A stretch of DNA of 63,330 bases, filler included, from Octopus bimaculoides (GCF_001194135.2; 5 parts of 4 records of this genome joined end to end with filler, not necessarily neighbours in it); one strand, 5' to 3'; counted from the first letter of the whole stretch, positions 22,909-36,459 are shown. Made by a program: numbers and translations. The notes: generated from the letters alone by a model not told the origin.

Positions 22909-23419
22909 GAGAGAGAGAGGGGGAGAGAGGGAGAGAGAGAGAGAGCAATATCTTCGGTCCTGTAGCTCATTATGATCAGTATCTGATTCAGGATTGAAAG
23001 AACTTGTCCAACATTGTTTAATGTTTACAGCGCAGCATATTTTTTGACAGCTCAGTATAGTAACTGAACTCATTATGAATCCTTTTAGAATTTTCATGTT
23101 ACATTCATGATTAAGAACGTTATGAAAAACAAGAACCCCCCCCCCACCTCCCGCCACAAACTGACAAACTTTTCTTTAGGTGCTAGCAAGAATGTTGAGA
23201 ACAATTAAAAACAAGAAGTGGGAAGAGGGAACGGGTAGGTGTTAGAAAAATGTTGGGTGCAGTGAAAAATAAAAATAAATATGTAGCAGTAAAAAATGAA
23301 TTTAAAGAATCAAATTGGAGGGCCATTAACAATAATATTGTACAGAGAATGCAAAGAGAAAATGATGAGAGGAGCGGCCAGGTGTATTAAATGTTGTGGT
23401 AATTATATATAAATTCTAA

Positions 23420-23592
23420 TAAAACTCATATTTTTATGACTGTGTGGTTAAGAACTTGCTTTGCAGCCACGTGTTTCGCGTTCAGTTCGACTGCGTCGTA
23501 CTTTGGGCAAGAGTTTTTATCTATACACCTGAGCCGACCTATGGTTTGTGAATGAATTTGGTAGAGGGAGCTGTATGGAAGCTCACCGTGTG
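23420..23592 (+). mobile_element. CORE-type SINE (family 1) 5' part, diverged
   Basis: TGTGTGGTTAAGAA head, TACTTTGGGCAAGAG core variant. Confidence 0.7.
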
Positions 23593-23838
23593 TAATATAT
23601 ATAGCAATAAGAAAATGGAGGGGAATATGAGGCACCCATCAACTTACCGACACTGTATTCCGTTGATTAATCTGTTTATTTTATAACTTAATTGACAAAA
23701 AACACAATATACAGACACTTATGACATACCATGTCATATCAGCAATTAAGATTTAAAATTTAAAGGACATTTAGCAATTGGAGAAGGGAGATATTATCCC
23801 TTAGTGGGTTGGATCCTCAACCCCTAACTCTCTTGGAT

Positions 23839-23871
<33 letters not shown>

Positions 23872-26869
23872 GGCGAAGGTAAAGAATACGCACACCACCC
23901 TTTTTCGGCGTTTAGGTTTAGGGCTACGCCGAAAACGGGTGGTGTGNNNNNNNNNNNNNNNNNNNNNNNNNNNNNNNNNNNNNNNNNNNNNNNNNNNNNN
24001 NNNNNNNNNNNNNNNNNNNNNNNNNNNNNNNNNNNNNNNNNNNNNNNNNNNNNNNNNNNNNNNNNNNNNNNNNNNNNNNNNNNNNNNNNNNNNNNNNNNN
24101 NNNNNNNNNNNNNNNNNNNNNNNNNNNNNNNNNNNNNNNNNNNNNNNNNNNNNNNNNNNNNNNNNNNNNNNNNNNNNNNNNNNNNNNNNNNNNNNNNNNN
24201 NNNNNNNNNNNNNNNNNNNNNNNNNNNNNNNNNNNNNNNNNNNNNNNNNNNNNNNNNNNNGTAGATGAAAGCTGAAAGAAGTCAGTCATATGCGTGTGTG
24301 TGTGTGTGTATGTGTGTGTGTGTGTGTGTGTGTGTTGACAGTAAGTAAATAAATAAATCAAATGTAGTTAGCAAAACTTAACTGTATTATTGCTGTTTTT
24401 TAGTCCAGGGTTAGTGATGATTGAGAACAACCCTTCCAGCTCTGATATCCGTTCCTTTCTTCATATTGCCTTTTCTTCTGGGATAACGCACTCCATACAA
24501 TATTATCAAATGAATCTTTTTGCTAGACGATATGATGTGGTTTGAGGGAAATTTGGGTGTTATTTTTCTAACATGTTGAACAGGCGTGTAAAAGCTCCTT
24601 CACTAGCTGCTGCAAAAATTTGACCCTGTTAAGCAAAGTTTAGGCTTCCATTGAAAAATTTTTTAAATGAAATAAAAAAAAAAAATAACATCTATAAAAT
24701 GTAAAAAAGGGAAGACAAATTTTGTCTTTAAAAAGGCAAGAAAAAGTGTTTCTGAGGCGATTCATTTGTGAATAAAAATGCATTAATTATGGCACTTTGG
24801 GTTCAATAATTCAGAGAAAATGCTCCTCTATTTCAACGTTTTACTGAATACAGTATTAAACACATGACAAAAATAAAATAACAGCATGAAGATATATTAG
24901 CGAAATTAATAAGATTAAGTTTTAAAGCGTAAAGTAATTTTATGAAATTTCAAAATATGCACAGGTACACCTACATATACACAATAAACACAATGGACTT
25001 TCATTAGTATAAAATTATGAAATATCATATACACAAGAAACACACATCATATACATAATAAGCATAATGCAGTATTACGCTAATGCAGGAGTTTCGATAG
25101 TAAAAAGTATTATATCTGCTTAATAAAATACAATCGTTTATTTTCTTATTATTTCTCAAACCACTTAACTAATTTTCATAAAATTTCAGCTGTTATGAAC
25201 GAGCTATGAAAATTTGATTACTTCTGTTAATAATTTAATATTCCCAGCAAAATATTTTCATTCTTGCGGATGTGAAGAAATACATAAACAAAATAAATAC
25301 ATTGCTTACAGTTTGAATATAAACATAATCCGACAGATAGCTTAATAAAAACACATATTTAAACAGAAAGCCATTACCGTACACGCTGGAAATAAAATAG
25401 AGAATTTCACGTGCAACAAGTAAAATATTAAATGCTTTGTTCAAATGAAACATATTTCCCTTTAAGTTTGTATCATTTCAAAGAAATATTTTTAATTCTG
25501 AAAATCCATTTGTGCATGTTAAATATTACAAAAAGTAATTTTTGTAGCTCAATGAACGATATAGAAGCATTTAAACATTTCATTTTTATGTAATACATTT
25601 GCTGGGTGTAGTAATAAACCCTTCAGATTCGGTATTCTTGGTAAGTATTTCAACGACAAACAACACATAATATACACTAATCCAAACAGTGATAGTATCT
25701 AAACAAAAACGTTACCTACATGAAGAGACCATTACCGTCAGCTTAACGTCTCAGGTGTTACATCAATAACCGTATAAAACATGTAAGGTCTTTCTGTCGT
25801 ACCCTGTGGAGCAAATAAATGTGACAGATCATCCCTTACTATAACTCTTATTTTGCATTGTCGCTGACTCGTTACACTTGTGAGTTGTATTACTGTGCCA
25901 TAACCTTTATGCAGTTTGATGAAATAGGTCTTTTGAAAGGCCTAATTATTCTCACAGTATGGTCTTGGCCTTTAAATAGTCACCCCTCTCACTCAGATGT
26001 AATGGCTTTAGATAATAAAATACCAGATAAAATGTTCTTAAAAAAATAATAAAAAATAGTGTCTTAATTATTGTTTTAAATTCAGTGATTCTCTGCAATC
26101 AAACTACTTAAAGGATAAAATTAAATTATTAATTTAAGGAAGCCAAAGAAAACTGTTTGAATATAGGAGGGGTCAAAACTTGGCTACATGTATCGCAGTG
26201 TAAGAATTTGAATTATAATATGAACTATAATAAAAATTAATTTCTTGCAGTAGGAATTAAACAATCTAAGCATGTTAGAAGCACACTTTCGCTCCACAGA
26301 ATATGTATATCGTTTACCATCATATTGTGGTAAAGGTTATACATGTTCATGAATATACTTATAAATTGAGGATATAATCATTAAAATGATTATATCAGTG
26401 GATAGCATATAGAAAATGGCCATGTCATTAAAATTAATTTTTAAGTATATAATTATAAAAATATAATTATAATTAAGGGCACTGGAATGCCAGCGCCTAT
26501 ACGCAAGAAGTATATCTAAATTTGTTCTCTATTTATAACCCCAGGTTGAATGCAAGGTAATGAGCAAGAAGATTTACAAAATCTCGGATAATCCTATATC
26601 TTAAGATTTCATGCTCTGTAATAATGATTACTTTGCACTCCTCAGTAGAAATACACCGACAAATATAAAAGCAAAATATTCATATACATACCGGTAAATC
26701 TATTCCTACAGACACCAATATATACATGAATTTCCCGCGTATACATTCCATCTACTAGCCCATGTCGACCATATGTGGATTGTAGGTATTTAACATCTAC
26801 TTTTAGCGTATGGGTGCTGGCATAGCAGCGCCTTTAATTATAATTATATGGTCATGAATATATATCTAT

Positions 26870-27260
26870 ATCTTTTACTTGTTTCAGTCATTAGACCGCG
26901 TTCATGCTGGGGCACATCTTTGATGAAGTGTAGTCAAACGAATCGATCCAAACTCTTTATTAAAGCCTGGTACTTATTTTATCGGGTTTTTAACGGACCA
27001 CTAAGTTACAGGCTCATAAAAATACCATCATCGGTTGTCAAGTAGTGGTGGGGGACAATCACAGACGCAAAGACCGATATCATGTATGTATGTATGTATG
27101 TATGTATGTATGTATGGAATATAGATATCTACGTTGGGCTTCAATTATCTGCCAAATTCACTCGCAAGGTTCTGGTCGGTATAGTAGAAGACATTTATCC
27201 AGGGTGCCTCGCAGTGGGATTGAATCTGGTATCATGTGGGTGGGAAACAAACTTCTCATT
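26870..27260 (-). mobile_element. CORE-type SINE (family 1) with internal (TATG)n
   Basis: Head+core, microsatellite, then tail with GTACCAGG...CCAGCATG...ATGACTGAAAC. Confidence 0.75.
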
Positions 27261-27374
27261 CCTTTCGAAATTTTATCCCTAATAGTGGCTTGGAACTTAG
27301 CTGTTTTTTCTAGCGTGAGGGAATCCTATGATGGATACCTCTTATGTGTTTAAATGTACACTGTATTTATATGA

Positions 27375-27414
<40 letters not shown>

Positions 27415-28052
27415 GTCGTGGAAGGATTCCGACCACCCCCAGGTGACTAAAAGTGGACTGACACATTGCTGTAAAATAAAGAACTGTCAGCAGTTTAAGG
27501 TAAGAAGTTCACTATGAGCCGTTGTTCTCTTCGGAGTCGATAAATTAAGTACCAGTAAAACACTGGAGTCGATGTAATCGACTAGTTCCCTCCCCACAAA
27601 TCCCAGGCCTTGTGCCTATAGTAGAAAGGATTATTATACAATACATGCAACTATAGATCCTTGAAATATCATATCCTTATACTGATACAATCGAAGGTCG
27701 GTTTTTCAAAATTATCTGTAAAATTCATTTGCTGCCAAACAGTTTGTACATATAACCTATGTTATTACTATAAATCTAATAAACTAACCTGCCTAGTTTT
27801 GCTATTCCAGTGGAAAAGACGGCTGTAACAGCATTTTAAAAAACACAACCTAGTAAACACTGCTTGTCACAGCTGACTAGTTTGTAGAATGCAGTCGGGA
27901 CTTTTTGAAGCAAAAAGTAAATATGATAAATACTGAATACGATTCAAATCAATCAGTCAAGAAATAGGACGTAGAGGAGAGAAAAATGGATAAACATAAA
28001 ACAAGAAAATAAGTCAGTTGATAGCAATGCTTTTTTTATTTCTTTCCAATAG

Positions 28053-28150
28053 ATATATAAATCATTTGGCTTGCCAGATATCAATTCCATCTGCCATTAC
28101 GAAAATAAACTGTAGCCATCGTTCTTTACCATTGTGGCAATGTGATGTAG
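28053..28150 (+). CDS. Candidate internal exon (phase 2-1; YINHLACQISIPSAITKINCSHRSLPLWQCDV)
   Basis: Strong acceptor CTTTTTTTATTTCTTTCCAATAG; weak donor TAG|GTGCGT; open frame. Confidence 0.2.
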
Positions 28151-28612
28151 GTGCGTGCGAGATGCGTGCAGCCGCCAAAATACGTCAACATTTGTGCTGA
28201 GATATATTTTGTGGCCAAACGTCAGCCACTACTAAATCAAGCGGTCACATTCCACACACACACACACACGTATTGATAGGAGAGACAGGCAAAGATAAAG
28301 TTATTTATGTTTTAAAGGGTACGCTTTACTGGGGAGAGGAAGAAAGAAAAAAGTAAACGGAATTTCCATAAACGCGGACTAAAGTGATAATTCTCGTGTT
28401 TTTATACACATAATCCAAAAATTACAAGTTAAAGATTCTAAAATACAGAGACAAAAATGTAAAATACAAAAAATTATAAGCCTTCATCTCTGTATTCGTG
28501 TTAAATTACGCAACCAAATAATCAAAATCATAGGATATTTCATTATGAACCAATAACACACACACAAACACACACACATACACACACACACACACACACA
28601 CGCAAACACATT

Positions 28613-28655
<43 letters not shown>

Positions 28656-28732
28656 TTCACACTTGCAAACACGCTCACAGACACACACTCTTACACCCAC
28701 ATATGTTGTGTACCCTCGTGTATATATATTGT

Positions 28733-29077
28733 TGTTGTTGTTGGCACTCGTCGCTTAAGACGTCGTGGGTTCCAGTTGCTCCGATCAACGGAACAGCCTG
28801 TTCGTGAAATTAACGTGCAAGTGGCTGAGCACTCCACAGACACGTGTAACCTTAACGTAGTTCTCGGGGATATTCAGCGTGACACAGTGTGACAAGGCTG
28901 ACCCTTTGAATTACAGGCACAACAGAAACAGGAAGTAAGAGTGAGAGAAAGTTATGGTGAAAGAGTACAGCAGGGTTCGCCACCATCCCTTGCTGGAGCC
29001 TCGTGGAGCTTTAGGTGTTTTCGCTCAATAAACACTCACAACGCCCGGTCTGGGAATCGAAACCGCGATCCTATGAC
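28733..29077 (-). mobile_element. tRNA-derived SINE family 3 with (AAC)n tail; head runs into the gap
   Basis: Reverse complement of 31262-31962. Confidence 0.85.
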
Positions 29078-29554
29078 NNNNNNNNNNNNNNNNNNNNNNN
29101 NNNNNNNNNNNNNNNNNNNNNNNNNNNNNNNNNNNNNNNNNNNNNNNNNNNNNNNNNNNNNNNNNNNNNNNNNNNNNNNNNNNNNNNNNNNNNNNNNNNN
29201 NNNNNNNNNNNNNNNNNNNNNNNNNNNNNNNNNNNNNNNNNNNNNNNNNNNNNNNNNNNNNNNNNNNNNNNNNNNNNNNNNNNNNNNNNNNNNNNNNNNN
29301 NNNNNNNNNNNNNNNNNNNNNNNNNNNNNNNNNNNNNNNNNNNNNNNNNNNNNNNNNNNNNNNNNNNNNNNNNNNNNNNNNNNNNNNNNNNNNNNNNNNN
29401 NNNNNNNNNNNTATATATATATATATATATATATATATTACAGATAACCAAATTTGACCATTTGTATGTTTAAAGATATACTTCCAGACACATTATATTT
29501 GTACTCGAGATATATTGTTGTAGATTATCCACAACAAAATGTATCTATCGTAGA

Positions 29555-30083
29555 GTAATAAAAATCAAACATCCAGTCAACATCATCGTATTTGGAATGA
29601 TGACTAGTGATGGTGACGTTGCCCTGGGTCAAGAGGGTGTCTGCTAGAAGATCCTATGTCTGGCAGCAGGACTCAGCACCATGCCACACAAGCAGGTGAA
29701 CCCAGTCGTGTCTGTCAGACAATTTCTGCGACCACATCACCCCTAACATCTGGCTACCTAACTCCCCAGACTGTAACCCTCTTGATTATTATTTGTGGGG
29801 TGCACTTGAGCGAGAGACGAACAAAAGTTCTTTTAATACCAAAGATGAACTTAAGGCAAGGATTATGGCAGCATCCACCAACTTAAACAAGACCGTCCGA
29901 GGAGTTGCAGTAGATTCCTAAGTTGTCTGGACGCCGTAGTTGAAACCAATGGCGATTTTACTGAATAAATATACTCTTTAGTATTTCAAGATATTTCAAT
30001 GTAATTTTGGTGAATATATCTTTTAAAATGAGATGTCAGTGTTATTTTCATAATTTGGACGACAGTTTATTCATTACACCCTG
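29555..30083 (+). mobile_element. maT-type (DD37D) Tc1/mariner transposon 3' half with right TIR
   Basis: KHPVNIIVFG; WQQDSAPCH...WLPNSPDCNPLDY with exactly 37 codons between the second and third D; ends CACCCTG|TA at 30083. Confidence 0.85.
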
Positions 30084-30099
30084 TATTATGTGTCTGTGT

Positions 30100-30131
<32 letters not shown>

Positions 30132-30175
30132 NNNNNNNNNNNNNNNNNNNNNNNNNNNNNNNNNNNNNNNNNNNN

Positions 30176-30187
30176 TTAATTAATTAA
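30176..30187. other. Artificial scaffold spacer (N44-TTAATTAATTAA-N44)
   Basis: Identical 100-nt construct also at 45151, 50202 and 60387. Confidence 0.95.
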
Positions 30188-30289
30188 NNNNNNNNNNNNN
30201 NNNNNNNNNNNNNNNNNNNNNNNNNNNNNNNATATATATATATATATATATATATATACTTGTGTGTACGTATGCTATGAGCGTCTTCC

Positions 30290-30437
30290 AGTTATCGTCT
30301 TTCAGTTTCTGTCTACCGAATCCACTCTCGGGCTATAGTAGAAGACACTTGCCCAAGGTACCATACAGTGGGACTGAACCTGGAACTATATGAGGTTGGG
30401 AAGCAAGCTTCTTACCACACAGCCACGACTGCGCCTA
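30290..30437 (-). mobile_element. CORE-type SINE (family 1) 5' half
   Basis: CTTGCCCAAGGT core (ACCTTGGGCAAG on minus) and tRNA-like head. Confidence 0.8.
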
Positions 30438-30439
30438 CA

Positions 30440-30930
30440 TAAACATAAGCTGCCTGCATATGTGCACGTGTCGATATTCATGTGTACATACCCGTGCAGG
30501 TGTATACCCCTGCACGTGTACATGTGTTGCTGACGTATGCGTATAAGAGTGCGCGTGTGTGCATGTGCGTGTGGGCGTCTTTCTTTGTAAGTATGTGTCT
30601 TAGTCTGTGCATGTATGCGTGTGTGTGTGTGTATGTGTATATGTGTGTATCTTTGTGTATGTATGTATGCGTGTTTGTATGTGTATGTGTGGACGCGTGT
30701 GCGTGCTTGAGTATGTGCCTTTGTGTGTATGCATGGGAGTACGTATACCTTTGTGCATGTATGTGTGCGAATGTGCATGCGTGTATGTACGTGTGTGTCT
30801 CAGTGTATGCACGTGTATGAGTGTGCGTCTGTATGTATGCGAGCAGGTGCGTGTGTGTGTTTGTGTGTTTATGTGCATTTGTGTGTGCATGTCTGCCTGT
30901 ATGCATACGTGCATGCGTGTAGGTGTGTGT
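30440..30930. repeat. Degenerate (TG)/(TATG) low-complexity tract
   Basis: Direct inspection. Confidence 0.9.
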
Positions 30931-31261
30931 TTCAGAGAGAAGAAACAAAATGTAAACTCTAACCAGATTTGAACTCGGCCCCACGCGTAAAGAAACGAAA
31001 ATAAATACGGTAAACGACTTCAAGGACGCTGACCAGCGCACTGCCACCCCACATCGCGCATAACACCCGGCTTCCATTGAGATTTCAGTGTTTTTGTTGC
31101 TTCTATTGATCCAGGACGTAACAGATACATAATTCAGTCTCTGTGGAGACACGCGAGGCAACATGACCTGAAAGAAGGAATGGGACGACGAAGTTCATCA
31201 AAGCATTTTAATCAGAGTTCTTTAGAAATACACGTATGGCTATGCATTATATAGTAAGTGT

Positions 31262-31962
31262 GGAGGTGTAATGGCCCAGTGGTTAGGGCAGCGGACTCGC
31301 GGTCATAGGATCGCGGTTTCGATTCCCAGACCGGGTGTTGTGAGTGTTTATTGAGCAAAAACACCTNNNNNNNNNNNNNNNNNNNNNNNNNNNNNNNNNN
31401 NNNNNNNNNNNNNNNNNNNNNNNNNNNNNNNNNNNNNNNNNNNNNNNNNNNNNNNNNNNNNNNNNNNNNNNNNNNNNNNNNNNNNNNNNNNNNNNNNNNN
31501 NNNNNNNNNNNNNNNNNNNNNNNNNNNNNNNNNNNNNNNNNNNNNNNNNNNNNNNNNNNNNNNNNNNNNNNNNNNNNNNNNNNNNNNNNNNNNNNNNNNN
31601 NNNNNNNNNNNNNNNNNNNNNNNNNNNNNNNNNNNNNNNNNNNNNNNNNNNNNNNNNNNNNNNNNNNNNNNNNNNNNNNNNNNNNNNNNCTCCACGAGGC
31701 TCCGGCAGGGGGTGGCGGCGAACCCTGCTGTACTCTTCCACCACAACTTTCTCTCACTCTTACTTCCTGTTTCTGTTGTACCTGTAATTCAAAGGGTCAG
31801 CCTTGTCACACTCTGTGTCACGCTGAATATCCCCGAGAACTACGTTAAGGGTACACGGGTCTGTGGAGTGCTCAGCCACTTGCACGTTAATTTCACGAGC
31901 AGGCTGTTCCGTTGATCGGATCAACTGGAACCCTCGACGTCGTAAGCGACGGAGTGCCAACA
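31262..31962 (+). mobile_element. tRNA-derived SINE family 3 (interrupted by gap 31367-31689)
   Basis: A box TGGCCCAGTGGTTAG, B box GGTTTCGATTCC, 3' end GTCGTAAGCGACGGAGTGCCAAC. Confidence 0.85.
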
Positions 31963-32005
31963 ATATACAAGTGGATGTGTTATCACACACACACACACGT
32001 GTGTG

Positions 32006-32059
<54 letters not shown>

Positions 32060-32204
32060 GATACACACGATAAGTTCAAAATATAGGTTGCAAACGTCAT
32101 TAAACAGTAATAAAATGCAATGAATACACTGGTTTATTACCTATTACAACAAGTATTGAATATTACAATTAATATTCAACTGTAAGGTAACTGGATAAAC
32201 CAGG

Positions 32205-32332
32205 GTAGCTTGCTTACCAGCCACATGATTCCGGGTTCAGTCCCACTGCGTGACACCTTGGGCAAGTGTCTTCTACTATAGCCTCGGGCCGACCAAAGCC
32301 TTGTGAGTGGATTTGGTAGACGGAAACTGAAA
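32205..32332 (-). mobile_element. CORE-type SINE (family 1) fragment
   Basis: Contains ACCTTGGGCAAGTGTCTTCTACTATAGCC as written on the + strand; strand call uncertain. Confidence 0.6.
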
Positions 32333-32439
32333 NNNNNNNNNNTCTTACAGAATCTACCAGAACAAACAAGACCGAGTGTCCTGAGAAGTAAAACAAGAAC
32401 AGTAATAATAATAACAACAATGATAATAATAAAAATATG

Positions 32440-32760
32440 TAACCACTACAAAATCAGCACTCCTGCTTACTGATATGAACATCATCCTGAGTCAGTCGTT
32501 GAGGGTTAAAATGTTATCATCCTCTGGGATTTTCCAGCCAACACCAACAGAACGATCCAGGCTAATCGACCAGACATAGTAATTAAAGACAAGGAAGAAT
32601 ATTCTTGTAGACTAATAGATATAAGTGTTCCCACTGATAATTCCTTTACAGATGTAAATGAATTTGATAAATTAAGTAAATATAAGGATCGGGAAATTGA
32701 AATAATAAAAGATGTGGCATCTTAAAGCGAGAACTGTTCCTGTTATTGTGGCGAGGACAC
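32440..32760 (+). pseudogene. RLE endonuclease fragment of an R4/Dong-like LINE
   Basis: IILWDFP..RTIQANRPDIVIKDKE...LIDISVP...KLSKYKD...MWHLKARTVPVIV (PD..D..K nuclease); preceded by (AAT)-rich repeat. Confidence 0.85.
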
Positions 32761-32982
32761 TATACAATTTGTGTAGAGTTTTACATACATATACGCACAT
32801 GCATACATACATACATACATACATGCATGCATACATACAAACAAACATGCATACATACATACATACATTGCATACACGCAAATCGTTAGTTCGTATACTA
32901 CAAATGATCATATATGGATATGGAACTCTGTATGTGTAAGTGTGTGTGTGTTTGTGCATGTGTATAAGTATGTGTATACATA

Positions 32983-33029
<47 letters not shown>

Positions 33030-33486
33030 GTATGTATATACGTATATACGTATATACGTATATACACGTATATATACATGTGTGTATATATGTATGTATG
33101 TATGTGTGTATGTATGTATGTATGTATGTATGTATGAGGGATATTCAGGTTACGGTGGAAAAAAGCAAGCCACCGAATTTTGTCAAAAAGAGACGGTGAG
33201 CTAGTCCTAGAAAAATATTGAGTGAAGTCTCGTAACCAGTTGCTCGAGCAAGCGGGACCTCATCTTAGCGAGCGGGATGCTAGCGGTGCCGATTAATGCC
33301 GTCGAGAGGAAGATACCGAAACGGCTCCCTCATAAGTCTGGTAGCGTCCGGTATGCGGAGCTTTCGGTTTGCTGCACTTGCAACTGCAAGTTGTTTGCAA
33401 ACAAAAAGATACATAACAGTATAAAGAATAGTGGCGGGACATTCCCATCAAAACAACCTGTTACATATCTTTTAATGTTTTGTTCT

Positions 33487-33700
33487 CTTACTTGTTTCAG
33501 TCATTTGACTGCAGCCATGCTGGAGCACTGCCTTAAAGAGATTTTAATGCCCAGTACCTATTCTACCGGTAACTTTTGCTGAATCGCTAAGTTACGGGGC
33601 ATAAACATACCAACACCGTTTGTCAAGCGGTGATGTGAGGACAAACACAGACACAAAGACTTACACATACACACACATACACATACATACATACATATAT

Positions 33701-33753
<53 letters not shown>

Positions 33754-34675
33754 CAGGCTTCTTTCAGTTTCCGTCTACCAAATCCACTCGCAAAGCTTTG
33801 GTTGGCCCGAGGCTATGGTAGCAAACACTTGCCCAAGGTGCCACGCAGTGGGACTATATGTTTCTTTTTCATCTTTCCCTCCTTTCAGTTATTGGACTGT
33901 GACCATGCTGGAGTAATTCCTTGAAGGGTTTAAAGGCGAATATATCGACCTCCCTTCCCAGTATTTATTTTTTAAAGCCTGTTACTTAATCTGTAGGACT
34001 CTTTTGCCGAACAGCTAATTCATAAGGACGTAAACAAGCCAACACCGGTTATCAAGCAGTGATGGGGCAAGCATAAAGAAACACACATAGATATATACGT
34101 CTCGGGTCGACTAGTCTAATGAGTAGATTTGGCAGAAGGAAACTGAAAGAAGCTCGTCGTATGTATGAATGTATGTATGTATGTATGTGTGTATGTATGT
34201 ATGTATGTATGTGTGTGTGTGACTTTGTGTTTGTCCTCCCATCATCGCTTGACAACCAATGTTGTTGTGTAAGTCCCCGTAGCTTAGTGGTTCGGCCTAA
34301 GAGATCGATAAAATAAGTACCAGGCTTACAAAGAATAAATCCTGGAGTCGATTTCTTCGACTCAAAATAAAAAAAACCCTTTTAGAGATGCTCCACCATA
34401 ACCGCAGTCAAATGACTGACGCATGCAAAAGAATAAATATATATATATGTATGTATATATACACACATATATATATCGAGGGAGAGAGGGGGAGAGAAAG
34501 AGAGAGAGTTAGATGACGGGTTTCTTTCTGTATCCATCTACCAATTCCGTTCACAAAGTTTTCGACGGGACGGGCTCTAGTAGAAGGCACTCACCCAAAG
34601 TGCCACGCAGTAGGATTGAACCCAGAGCCATGTGACTGTAAAGCAAGCTTCTTAACCACACAGCCACGCCTGCTC
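33487..34675. mobile_element. Cluster of nested or adjacent CORE-type SINE (family 1) copies in both orientations
   Basis: Near-full minus copy 33487-33860, tails at 33880-34420, 5' half at 34510-34675. Confidence 0.75.
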
Positions 34676-34777
34676 TTCATAATAATCTAGTTAGCCTTTT
34701 TTTAAATACAAAACAGTCGTGTAGAGTTATAGAGCTCAGCTGCCCTACAGCTGTGGACCTGTGGCTTCTCTCGACAG

Positions 34778-34834
34778 GTAATAAATTTGCATTTACACCA
34801 ATAAGTTCTGGTCTCTCAGTTACGTTGGTTAATG
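34778..34834 (+). CDS. Candidate 57-nt internal exon (phase 1-1; NKFAFTPISSGLSVTLVN)
   Basis: GGCTTCTCTCGACAG| ... AATG|GTAAGG; open frame; the opposite strand is also open, so ambiguous. Confidence 0.2.
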
Positions 34835-35149
34835 GTAAGGTAATCCCGGGAGCTGAAATTTCGTGCAAAGAAAGTAACCAGTTAACGCGTTCTTTACAAA
34901 TGCTAAATAAGCAGAACAATAATTCATGCGAGTATTTTTGCAAGTTCTGCATGTAGCTCCCCAGTGTTGTTATCTAAATTCCAGCTGTGATGTGTTTTCG
35001 TTTCTTTTCTTTTTCTTCGAACCCAGTTCCTGCTTTAAGGCAAGAATTAAAAAGAGATATTGTACGCATGTTGTGTATGAATATTTATATACATGCACGT
35101 ATGTATGTCTGTGTGTGTATATACATATATGTATATGCACACATACATG

Positions 35150-35206
<57 letters not shown>

Positions 35207-35891
35207 NNNNNNNNNNNNNNNNNNNNNNNNNNNNNNNNNNNNNNNNNNNNNNNNNNNNNNNNNNNNNNNNNNNNNNNNNNNNNNNNNNNNNNNNNNNNNN
35301 NNNNNNNNNNNNNNNNNNNNNNNNNNNNNNNNNNNNNNNNNNNNNNNNNNNNNNNNNNNNNNNNNNNNNNNNNNNNNNNNNNNNNNNNNNNNNNNNNNNN
35401 NNNNNNNNNNNNNNNNNNNNNNNNNNNNNNNNNNNNNNNNNNNNNNNNNNNNNNNNNNNNNNNNNNNNNNNNNNNNNNNNNNNNNNNNNNNNNNNNNNNN
35501 NNNNNNNNNNNNNNNNNNNNNNNNNNNNNNNNNNNNNNNNNNNNNNNNNNNNNNNNNNNNNNNNNNNNNNNNNNNNNNNNNNNNNNNNNNNNNNNNNNNN
35601 NNNNNNNNNNNNNNNNNNNNNNNNNNNNNNNNNNNNNNNNNNNNNNNNNNNNNNNNNNNNNNNNNNNNNNNNNNNNNNNNNNNNNNNNNNNNNNNNNNNN
35701 NNNNNNNNNNNNNNNNNNNNNNNNNNNNNNNNNNNNNNNNNNNNNNNNNNNNNNNNNNNNNNNNNNNNNNNNNNNNNNNNNNNNNNNNNNNNNNNNNNNN
35801 NNNNNNNNNNNNNNNNNNNNNNNNNNNNNNNNNNNNNNNNNNNNNNNNNNCTGTGTGTGTATATACATATATGTATATGCACACATACATG

Positions 35892-35948
<57 letters not shown>

Positions 35949-36459
35949 ATTTATGTATGTGTGTACATATATCTATATGTACTTAAATATAAGTATGCAT
36001 GCATGCATGTATGTATGTGTGTATGTAAGCTTTCTTTTCTTGTTTTCTTTCTTTTTCTTTTTTTTTTTCGATCCCGTTATCACTTCGAATGTATATATGT
36101 ATATATATAAATTTTATATGACTCCCTGCCTATTTATAAAGTCTTTAACAAAAACTGGCGGTTTATAAATAAAGAATTTCCAAAAAATATAAAAATGATT
36201 TATTCAAATGCTTTGCCTAAATTTCTTCCCTGGCATCATAGCAAAAATTACGCTTGATACTCCGTCTATAGTCATGTTGTTTGGCTTATAGTTGCAGTTG
36301 TGGTTGTTGTTGCTGCTGGTGGCGGTGGTAGTACTTTGCGTTTGCCGAGTAAAAATGATTCTATGGTGCCTTGTTTTTGTATAAGGTTTGGCTGTTTTAA
36401 AGAAATGTTTGCATCAAATCTTGTTGGCTCTCTCTCTCTGGTTCTCCCACAACCAACTC

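Noticed and set aside
26545-26556. 12-nt micro-exon candidate GTTGAATGCAAG
   Set aside because: Single copy with a weak donor, and it has a stop in the phase-1 frame used by the other candidates.
31262-31335. tRNA gene
   Set aside because: A and B boxes are present, but the sequence continues into a SINE body found in several copies, so it is a SINE head.
35100-35950. Direct repeat flanking the 35207-35850 gap
   Set aside because: The same sequence on both sides of a gap ending in (TG)n is most simply a contig-overlap artefact.
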